A DNA stretch of 64,000 nt. Origin: Anaerolineales bacterium (GTDB lineage: Bacteria > Chloroflexota > Anaerolineae > Anaerolineales > UBA11579). Where the stretch lies: positions 255 to 64,254 of the forward strand of contig JASFQL010000012.1 in the NCBI GenBank assembly GCA_050115475.1. Direction: 5' to 3'. Below are positions 18,886-26,599 of this stretch, piece by piece. Both the position numbers and the translations under genes were made by a program. The notes below the pieces were generated by a model that was given only the letters and a program-made list of their open reading frames with translations, did not search any database and was not told the DNA's origin. Each line of letters starts with the position of its first letter. The stretch's first letter is position 1.

Positions 18886-19644
18886 TTACTGCTCTTTCAA
18901 CCATCCCGCCCCCACTGCCAGAGCGACACATCCCAATAGCGCCGAAAAACCGCCGATAAGGTATTTCCTTTTCTTGAACGCTGCCGCACTCAGCACGCCC
19001 AATCCAACACTCGTGGCAAGGTTGACCTTTCGAACGACATCGTCGGCTTGTGCTGGTGTGCTTCCACGTTCCACCAGCGACCATTTCAAGATAGGACCGC
19101 CGTCAATGCCTGGAATTGGAAGGAGTGAGACGGTCGCTAAAAAAGTATTCATCCCCACCGCAGCTTCAGCAACATCCCGGGCGGGTGAATCCTTACCTGT
19201 AAAATGTCGGGCTAGCAGGGCTACAGGCAGGATCGCCAGGTTGAAGAGCGGCCCGCCAAGCGCGCGGGTGACATGTTGTCGAGGGCTGACGCTGGTATCT
19301 TGGACGTCGAAGTATATCAAGATCGGCATCCCCCAGGTGATGCGTATGGCATCCACCGGACCCCCGACGAGTTTGGCTGCTGCGGCGTGAGCAAGGTTGT
19401 GGCACCATTCCGATCCGAGGATCACACACGTTGTCATCCCCCCAACACCGATTCGCTCCCCCCAGGATCGTGAAGGGCGTTTTTTCCCGGCAAACCAGGT
19501 CATAATTCCCCACAGGAGAATCTGGGTGAGAGGCAGCCAGGTGTTCCCTTTGACAGCGAGTGGCGTATCGAAGACCTTACCGACATGATTGAGGCCGGTT
19601 TTGTGAGCGGCAATTGAGTGCTTGCTTTCCATGGAAGTCATCAT
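18886..19644 (-). CDS. M50/site-2-protease-like polytopic membrane protein with degenerate zinc motif
   Basis: 252-aa ORF. HNLAH (nt 19387-19401) sits where M50 proteases carry HExxH. The downstream LLPIPGIDGGPIL matches the NxxPxxxLDG-type M50 motif. Confidence 0.55.
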   Translation of the reverse strand: MMTSMESKHSIAAHKTGLNHVGKVFDTPLAVKGNTWLPLTQILLWGIMTWFAGKKRPSRSWGERIGVGGMTTCVILGSEWCHNLAHAAAAKLVGGPVDAIRITWGMPILIYFDVQDTSVSPRQHVTRALGGPLFNLAILPVALLARHFTGKDSPARDVAEAAVGMNTFLATVSLLPIPGIDGGPILKWSLVERGSTPAQADDVVRKVNLATSVGLGVLSAAAFKKRKYLIGGFSALLGCVALAVGAGWLKEQ

Positions 19645-19785
19645 CCCTTTTAAGAAGTCTCTTTAATAATCATAGATGAAGATACGTCGTAGATATGAGT
19701 GATTATTTGAACATTTTCATAGCACTTCATTCAACTCTCTCTCATTTTTTGGGTTATCATTAAGCCCAAAAGGAGGCAAGAGAAA

Positions 19786-20781
19786 ATGGAACGTGTCGCA
19801 TTATATTTACAAGACTCACACAACCTGCGTGATGGTTTGGATTATGTGAGATATGCAGAAGAAAAGGGATTTGAAGCCGTCTGGCAGGCAGAATCACGCC
19901 TCGTGCGTGACGCCATCGTCCCCATGGCAGCTTACGCTGCGGTTACAGAAAAGATAAAGGTCGGTTCGGGAGTTATCAACAACTGGACCCGCAACATAGG
20001 TCTCTTGGCCGCAACCTTCCTCACACTGGACGATCTCGCCCCCGGAAGGATCATCTGCGGCATGGGCGCTTGGTGGGATCCATTGGCTCAAAACGTGGGC
20101 ATCGAACGGCGTAAACCCCTCCTGGCGATGAAGGAGACCATCGATGTTCTCCGGAGGTTGCTGAACATGGAACGGGTCACTTTCCACGGCGAATTCCACC
20201 ACGTCGATGGGATCGAACTCGACGTTGTCCACGGGCGGCGTGAACCCCGTGATGTCAAAATCATGATTGGGGCAACCGGGCCGAAGATGATTGAAATGAC
20301 CGGAGAGATCGCCGATGGGATTGTCCTCAACTACTGCGTTCCCCCTGAGTACAACGAGATGGCGATGGAGCGTTTGGAAGCTGGCGCTAAGAAAGCCGGC
20401 CGCAAACTGGACGATATCGACCGCCCCCAACTCGTCGTTTGTTCTGTCGACAAAGACCACGATAAAGCCATCGACACTTCCCGTGAGCTTCTCACCCAAT
20501 ACCTCGCCCAGCAGCCCCACATCGCCAAGGCGTCCGGTGTCTCACAAGATGTCGTGGCGGAAATTCAATCCATCCTCGGTTGGCCTGCAACCCACGAGCA
20601 GATCCAGGCAGCCAAACACCTTGTTCCCGAAGACCTCATCCTGCGGATCACAGCATCCGGCACGCCGGATGAAGCTCGCGCCAAGGTACAGCAGTATATC
20701 GATAACGGCGCTACCTGCCCGATCATGTACCCCGTGGGAGGCGACGTTAATCTTCTCATTGACACATTCGCGCAAACCTGA
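19786..20781 (+). CDS. LLM-class (luciferase-like) F420-dependent oxidoreductase
   Basis: 331-aa ORF with AGGAGG upstream. The N-terminal [16 protein letters not shown] and overall TIM-barrel layout are typical of the Mer/LLM family. Confidence 0.8.
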   Translation: MERVALYLQDSHNLRDGLDYVRYAEEKGFEAVWQAESRLVRDAIVPMAAYAAVTEKIKVGSGVINNWTRNIGLLAATFLTLDDLAPGRIICGMGAWWDPLAQNVGIERRKPLLAMKETIDVLRRLLNMERVTFHGEFHHVDGIELDVVHGRREPRDVKIMIGATGPKMIEMTGEIADGIVLNYCVPPEYNEMAMERLEAGAKKAGRKLDDIDRPQLVVCSVDKDHDKAIDTSRELLTQYLAQQPHIAKASGVSQDVVAEIQSILGWPATHEQIQAAKHLVPEDLILRITASGTPDEARAKVQQYIDNGATCPIMYPVGGDVNLLIDTFAQT

Positions 20782-20821
20782 TTGCCATTCACGCAATACG
20801 AAATACGCAATAAATTTAAAT

Positions 20822-21313
20822 ATGACCACACCCTCCCATAAAAAACTCCCCAACTCTTACTACTGCTTCGCCTGCGGATTGGAGAACGACTTCGGATTGA
20901 AACTCGCTTTCTACCAGGAAGGGAATGACACCATCGTAGTGGACTATGTTGTTCCAGACCATTACCAGGGATACCCCGGTGTGGTTCATGGCGGGATTGT
21001 GACCACTATGCTCGACGAAGTCCTTGGTCGGGTCATTATGATTGATGATCCTAACCGCCTCATGTTCACCGCCAAGCTGACCACCCGCTATCGTAAACCG
21101 GTCCCCACCGAAACGCCCCTCAAGTTGATTGGAAAAGTCGTCAAGGACCGGGGGCGTATCGCCGAAGCAAAAGCAGAACTATTAGGACCGGATGGGACGC
21201 TGCTTGCCGAAGCCGAAGGCCTGATGGTCAGTCTCTCGCAAGATGTCCTCGATAATTTAGATAAAGAAGCTCTCGGGTGGCAGGTCTACCCGGATGAGGA
21301 GGAATCCACATGA
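20822..21313 (+). CDS. PaaI/4HBT-type hotdog-fold thioesterase
   Basis: Only the 3' third of track ORF 20315-21313 is used; the rest overlaps the LLM gene in another frame. From ATG 20822 this gives 163 aa with N-terminal CFACG and the HGGIVTTMLDEVLG hotdog motif. Confidence 0.8.
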   Translation: MTTPSHKKLPNSYYCFACGLENDFGLKLAFYQEGNDTIVVDYVVPDHYQGYPGVVHGGIVTTMLDEVLGRVIMIDDPNRLMFTAKLTTRYRKPVPTETPLKLIGKVVKDRGRIAEAKAELLGPDGTLLAEAEGLMVSLSQDVLDNLDKEALGWQVYPDEEEST

Positions 21314-22065
21314 TTGTAGAATATCACCGTCCTGATACCATCGATGATGCCCTGAAATTACTAAAAAGAAAAGAACCTGTCACCGTACCGTTGGGCGGCG
21401 GCACGGTCCTCAACGCCCCTTCAGATGACCAGTATGCTGTCGTCGACCTGCAAAATCTCGCTTTAAGTGGGGTGAAAAAGAAGGGCAGCAACCTTATCGT
21501 GGGGGGGACTACCACTTTACAGGATCTCCTCCAATTCCCAGATCTCGCTGAGGTCTTGGTGAAAGCCATTCACCACGAAGCGACCTACAACCTCCGCCAG
21601 GTCAGCACCATTGCTGGAACGATTGTGACCGCTAGCGGTCGTTCCCCCTTTGCGACCACTCTTCTCGCCCTCGATCCCCAACTCACCTGGCTGCCCGGTG
21701 AAAAATCCCAACCGCTAGGGGAATTCATCCCCCTGCGGAGCGAACCCTGGTCTGGACTTTTGATTTCTCAGATATCCATCCCCCTCCAGCCAAAGTTGGC
21801 TTACGAATACGTGGCCCGCAGCCCCGCCGACCTACCCATTGTGGCTGTCGCAGTTGCCAGATGGGCATCCGGGCGCACCCGGATCGTGTTGGGCGGCTAT
21901 GGAGATTCCCCCATGATGGTCATGGATGGCGCAGAAGATGATGGTGCATTGGCTGTTGTCGAGAATGCCTATCTGCATGCAGGGGACCATTGGGCTTCCG
22001 CAGAATACCGGGCCGATGTCGTAAAAACGTTGACCAAAAGGTGCCTTGACAAAGTTACTGATTAG
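21310..22065 (+). CDS. Xanthine dehydrogenase-family FAD-binding subunit (CoxM/XdhB-like), short form
   Basis: 251-aa ORF. YHRPDTIDDALKLL...VPLGGGT...LQDL is the FAD_binding_5 opening. The start overlaps the thioesterase stop (ATGA at 21310-21313). Confidence 0.8.
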   Translation: MIVEYHRPDTIDDALKLLKRKEPVTVPLGGGTVLNAPSDDQYAVVDLQNLALSGVKKKGSNLIVGGTTTLQDLLQFPDLAEVLVKAIHHEATYNLRQVSTIAGTIVTASGRSPFATTLLALDPQLTWLPGEKSQPLGEFIPLRSEPWSGLLISQISIPLQPKLAYEYVARSPADLPIVAVAVARWASGRTRIVLGGYGDSPMMVMDGAEDDGALAVVENAYLHAGDHWASAEYRADVVKTLTKRCLDKVTD

Positions 22066-22087
22066 TGTCAGACAAAAAGGAACCCGC

Positions 22088-25006
22088 ATGCCAATACACA
22101 AAGATTTTGAACTCATCCAAGAACGAGACATCCCCGAAATTAACACCAAAGGGAAACTCTACCGCCATATCCCCACCGGGGCGGAACTCCTCTCCATGGA
22201 AAACGATGATGAAAATAAATGCTTCTGCATCACGTTCCGGACACCACTGGAGGACTCCACCGGTGTCGCCCACATCATGGAACACGCCGCCTTGCTGGGG
22301 TCTGAGAAATATCCCGTCAAGGAGCCATTCATCGAACTCGTTAAAGGCTCTCTCCAAACATTTGTCAACGCCTTCACCTTTCCCGATAAGACCATCTACC
22401 CCCTTGCCAGCCAGAACCTCCAGGATTTTTACAACCTCATCGACGTCTACATGGAATCCGTGCTGCGACCGCTCCTCACCCGCCACGGCTTCGAACAGGA
22501 GGGATGGCATTTCGAGTTGGAGGACATGGATTCTCCCCTCACGTACAAAGGCGTCGTTTTCAATGAGATGAAAGGCGCTTACTCCGACCCGCAGGACCTG
22601 CTGGGGGAGTACAACCAGCAGAACCTATTCCCTGATACCACAACTTACAATGTCGACTCTGGTGGTCACCCCGAAAACATCCCCGACCTGACCTACGAAC
22701 AGTTCAAAGCTTTCCACGAGACCTTCTACCATCCATCCAACGCTCGTATCTACTGGTATGGAGATGATCCCCCTGAAGAGCGTCTCAAACGCACGGCGGA
22801 ATACCTCAAAGGCTACGAAAAGATTACCGTGGAGTCGTCTGTTCCACTCCAGAAGAAATTCGATAAACCCCGCAGCATCACCAAACCCTACGCTGTGGCT
22901 GAAGATGAGCAGGATGCCAAAAGTTATCTGTGTGTCAACTGGCTTTTGCCCGATCAAACCCATCCCAAGACGACCCTCAGTCTGGCGATCCTCAACCATA
23001 TTCTGGTGGGCACACAAGCTTCCCCCCTGCGGAAAGCCCTCATCGACAGTGGTCTGGGCGAAGACCTCGTTGGCGGTGGACTTAGTCCCTATCTCCGCCA
23101 ACTAACCTTCTCCACAGGCCTTAAAGGGATCGAATCGAAGGATGCCTCCAAAGTTGAACGACTTATTCAAGAAACCCTCGCTTCCCTGGCAGAAACCGGG
23201 ATTGATCCCAATATGGTCGCCGCTTCGATGAACACGGTGGAATTCCAGTTGAGAGAGAACAATTCAGGCATCTATCCCCGTGGGTTGGTCTTCCTTCTCA
23301 ACGCTATGGGAACCTGGCTCTATGATGGCGATCCCCTTTCACCGATTGCCTACGCTGCGCCCTTGCAGGCCATCAAAGAGCAGATCGAACGGGGAAACGG
23401 CTATTTTGAGGGATTGATAAAAGAACACTTCATCGACAACCCACACCGCGTCACTGTCCTGCTCGAACCCGATCCTGGTCTGGACCAGAGGCAGTCGAAA
23501 GAAGAGGCAGCCCGTCTGGCAAAAGCCCGTGAAAGCATGAGTGAAAGTGAACTGCAGGCCATCATAGACAACACGAAAAAGTTGATCGAAATCCAGAACA
23601 CACCGGATACCCCCGAAGCGCTTGCTACTCTACCTGCTCTCATCCTGGAAGACCTTGACAAGGAAAACAAAGTCATCCCTCAAGAAGAATACGAGGAACA
23701 AGGTGTTAGCGTTTTATATCACGACATCTTTACTAACGGGATCGTTTACCTCGATCTCGGCTTCGATCTTCACACAGTCCCCCAGGAATACCTGCCCTAT
23801 CTGGAGTTATTTGCCAGCGGCCTGATTAAAATGGGCACCAAAACCGAAGATTTCGTAAAACTTTCGCAGCGTATCGGTCGAGAAACCGGAGGGATCACGC
23901 CTTCCATTTTCTCGCAGCAGGTGCGCCATTCCACCGACAGCGCTTCCTGGTTGATACTGCGCGGCAAGTCGACTATCGATAAAATCAGCGAGCTTTTTAC
24001 CATCCTGAAGGACATCCTCCTCACCACAAAGTTCGACAACCAGGAACGCTTCCGCCAGATTCTCCTCGAACGCAAAGCCCAGATGGAAGCCGCCCTTTTG
24101 CCCAGCGGCCACTCATTCGTCAATCGCCGCCTGCGCGGCAAACAGCATGAAGCCGGGTGGGTCACCGAGCAGGTCAGCGGGTTCGATAACCTCGACTTTA
24201 CCCGTAACCTCATCGAACAGGTGGAGAAAGATTGGTCTGGTGTCCTAGCTAAGTTCAAAGATATTCAGGCAGCGTTGATCGACCGGTCAATGATGGTCGC
24301 CAATTTCACCGTCGACAAAGACAACTGGAAAGAAGTCAAGCCCCAAATTTCAGGCTTCCTCGCCGATATCCCCTCGAAAGAGGGAAAACGCCATAAATGG
24401 AATCCTGATTATCCCAAAGGAAACGAGGGACTCACCATCCCCGCCCAGGTGAATTACGTCGGCAAAGGCACCAACCTCTACGACTTGGGCTATGAACTCG
24501 ACGGCTCGGTATCGGTGGTCCGTAAATATCTAGGGACGACCTACCTGTGGGAGAAAATCCGCATCCAGGGAGGCGCTTATGGGGTTTTCATCGTCTTCGA
24601 CTCCAATGCAGGCACCCTGAATTATATCTCCTACCGGGATCCTAACCTTATCGAGACACTCGACAATTACGATGGCACGCCAACTTTCCTTGATAAGTTG
24701 CAGATCAGCGATTCGGAACTCACCAAGGCTATCATCGGTGCCATCGGTGAGATGGATACGCATCAACTGCCCGACGCCAAGGGCTATTCCACCTTGGTTC
24801 GCTACCTCACCGGGTACACTGATAAAGAACGCCAGGAAATCCGTGATGAAGTCTTATCTACCACAGTAGACGATTTCAAAACTTTTGGGAAAGCCCTTGA
24901 AAAAGTGATAGACAACGGCCAGGTCGTTGTCCTTGGTTCCGCAGAATCAATCGGAGCCGCCAACCAGGAGCGCAAAGCTTTCTTGAAGGTAAAGAAGGTC
25001 ATGTAA
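22088..25006 (+). CDS. M16C (PreP/insulinase-like) zinc metallopeptidase
   Basis: About 972-aa ORF from ATG 22088; the track start 22046 would overlap the previous gene. Carries the inverted zinc motif HIMEH (HxxEH) followed by EPF...G; length and layout are typical of M16C. Confidence 0.9.
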   Translation: MPIHKDFELIQERDIPEINTKGKLYRHIPTGAELLSMENDDENKCFCITFRTPLEDSTGVAHIMEHAALLGSEKYPVKEPFIELVKGSLQTFVNAFTFPDKTIYPLASQNLQDFYNLIDVYMESVLRPLLTRHGFEQEGWHFELEDMDSPLTYKGVVFNEMKGAYSDPQDLLGEYNQQNLFPDTTTYNVDSGGHPENIPDLTYEQFKAFHETFYHPSNARIYWYGDDPPEERLKRTAEYLKGYEKITVESSVPLQKKFDKPRSITKPYAVAEDEQDAKSYLCVNWLLPDQTHPKTTLSLAILNHILVGTQASPLRKALIDSGLGEDLVGGGLSPYLRQLTFSTGLKGIESKDASKVERLIQETLASLAETGIDPNMVAASMNTVEFQLRENNSGIYPRGLVFLLNAMGTWLYDGDPLSPIAYAAPLQAIKEQIERGNGYFEGLIKEHFIDNPHRVTVLLEPDPGLDQRQSKEEAARLAKARESMSESELQAIIDNTKKLIEIQNTPDTPEALATLPALILEDLDKENKVIPQEEYEEQGVSVLYHDIFTNGIVYLDLGFDLHTVPQEYLPYLELFASGLIKMGTKTEDFVKLSQRIGRETGGITPSIFSQQVRHSTDSASWLILRGKSTIDKISELFTILKDILLTTKFDNQERFRQILLERKAQMEAALLPSGHSFVNRRLRGKQHEAGWVTEQVSGFDNLDFTRNLIEQVEKDWSGVLAKFKDIQAALIDRSMMVANFTVDKDNWKEVKPQISGFLADIPSKEGKRHKWNPDYPKGNEGLTIPAQVNYVGKGTNLYDLGYELDGSVSVVRKYLGTTYLWEKIRIQGGAYGVFIVFDSNAGTLNYISYRDPNLIETLDNYDGTPTFLDKLQISDSELTKAIIGAIGEMDTHQLPDAKGYSTLVRYLTGYTDKERQEIRDEVLSTTVDDFKTFGKALEKVIDNGQVVVLGSAESIGAANQERKAFLKVKKVM

Positions 25007-25026
25007 GGGTGGAGAATACTCCACCC
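25007..25026 (+). terminator. GC-rich hairpin immediately after the M16C stop (no U-tract)
   Basis: GGGTGGAG-AATA-CTCCACCC, a perfect 8-bp stem starting 1 nt after the TAA. No T-run follows, so terminator function is uncertain. Confidence 0.3.
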
Positions 25027-25043
25027 GAGGAAAGGGCTTCTAA

Positions 25044-25850
25044 ATGGAGCTCCTTTCGGAGGGAAACATGTCTGAGGATTCGAGAATAGAGATAGACAAA
25101 CAAAAAGAGCAAAGAAACAAACGAGGGATAATCGTGCTTATTTGTCTTTTTGTAGGTGTTTGCCTCTTAAGCCTATGCGTTTGTTATTTTTCGATGAACC
25201 TCTCACTACTATATCAGTATTCCTTATCGAATTTTACAGATGAAGGTAAGGCAGCCAAAGCCCTGATTGAAGAAGCGGAAAATTGGGAGGTAAAATTCTT
25301 CGATAATTTTGAGGAAGACAATCAATTATGGTGGGTTGGTACCGATTCGAGTAAATATGGGATTTTTGAACAAACGATAGAAGATGGTGCTTATCGAATC
25401 GATGCAACAGCTAAACAGGGTTTCTACCGGAGGGAAACCTTCGACATCCGCCCCATCTCTGATTTTTACTTAAGTGTTGAGGTTGATAAAACGAGTGGCT
25501 CATATAATGGAGAATATGGTGTTGTCTTCCGAAAAAAAGCCCCAAATTTTTATAATTTCACGATTAATGATTCTGGCACCTTTGTCGTAAGGATCATGTA
25601 TAAAGGAGAATGGGATCAATTGATGGTTGGTAATTACTTTCCCAGAGGAGGACAAGACAAACCCAGAAAAATCACCGTTATCGCCAAAGGATCGGATTTT
25701 TATTTCTATGTTGACGATCAATTTGTGACCCACGTTGATGATGACCGCTTGCGGTCTGGTTTTGTAGGCGTAACTTTTGGGCTGGATTATGATGGAGAAC
25801 AAGCGGTGTTTGAATTCGATAATTTCGAATTGAGAGTACCGGGAGAGTAA
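25044..25850 (+). CDS. Single-pass membrane protein with extracytoplasmic ConA-like/DUF1080-like beta-sandwich domain
   Basis: 268-aa ORF with one TM helix (IIVLICLFVGVCLLSLCVCYF). The beta-rich domain ends in GFVGVTFG...AVFEFDNFELRV, a pattern I associate with LamG/3-keto-disaccharide-hydrolase-like folds. Confidence 0.5.
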   Translation: MELLSEGNMSEDSRIEIDKQKEQRNKRGIIVLICLFVGVCLLSLCVCYFSMNLSLLYQYSLSNFTDEGKAAKALIEEAENWEVKFFDNFEEDNQLWWVGTDSSKYGIFEQTIEDGAYRIDATAKQGFYRRETFDIRPISDFYLSVEVDKTSGSYNGEYGVVFRKKAPNFYNFTINDSGTFVVRIMYKGEWDQLMVGNYFPRGGQDKPRKITVIAKGSDFYFYVDDQFVTHVDDDRLRSGFVGVTFGLDYDGEQAVFEFDNFELRVPGE

Positions 25851-25865
25851 AAGGGAGATAAATCA

Positions 25866-26558
25866 ATGGATACCAGGATCGATATTGATACGGCATTCAA
25901 GTTTGTTTTTTGGGATAAAGACTGGATAAAGAAGATATTGATTGCCGGCGCCCTTTACTTCACAATGATTGGTATGTTTCCAATTATGGGCTGGGCGCTT
26001 GAGATCCAAAGACGGGTGATCCGTGAAGAGGAAGACCTCCTCCCAGATTGGCACTATATTGGAATTTTCACCTTGGATGGTTTGAAATATATGTTGGTGA
26101 ATTTGATTTGGACGTGGCCATTAATGCTCATGTATTTCGGTATATTTTTAGTTCCGGTCTTGTTTCTGGAATCTGCGGAGGAAATGTCTGGTTTCTTTGA
26201 ATTCTATCCGATAGGTTCATTTTTTATTTTTCCATTCATACTGCTAATCGGGTTCCTGTTTTATACATTACTGCCGCAAATTTCAGGAATACTCGTTGAT
26301 ACAGGATCGATAAGAGAAGCCTTACGAATATCTAGGGTCTATATATTATGGAAATCTAATTTCTTACAATGTTTAGCGGTTGCTTTCCTTTCATATTTAG
26401 CTACATACGCCGCATCCATGGTTGGTATGGTATTGTTCTTTGTAGGAATGCTCTTTACTACACCAATCAGTATGGCGATCATGCACCACTTCTTTGGCCA
26501 GGCTTATCGCAATGCTGTTATAAAATCATCGCAAGAAATAACACCCTCTCAAGCATAA
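25866..26558 (+). CDS. DUF4013-like polytopic membrane protein
   Basis: 230-aa ORF. The N-terminal FKFVFWDKDWIKKILIAGAL and multiple TM helices fit my memory of DUF4013. Confidence 0.55.
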   Translation: MDTRIDIDTAFKFVFWDKDWIKKILIAGALYFTMIGMFPIMGWALEIQRRVIREEEDLLPDWHYIGIFTLDGLKYMLVNLIWTWPLMLMYFGIFLVPVLFLESAEEMSGFFEFYPIGSFFIFPFILLIGFLFYTLLPQISGILVDTGSIREALRISRVYILWKSNFLQCLAVAFLSYLATYAASMVGMVLFFVGMLFTTPISMAIMHHFFGQAYRNAVIKSSQEITPSQA

Positions 26559-26599
26559 CCGTCTCCTAATTTTATTTTTAACTATTCAGAGGTAAACTG

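Noticed and set aside
20315-20821. 5' two-thirds of the 332-aa ORF 20315-21313
   Set aside because: It overlaps the well-supported LLM oxidoreductase gene in another frame, and its translation is Ser/Pro/Thr-rich junk. A recognisable thioesterase sequence begins only at ATG 20822.
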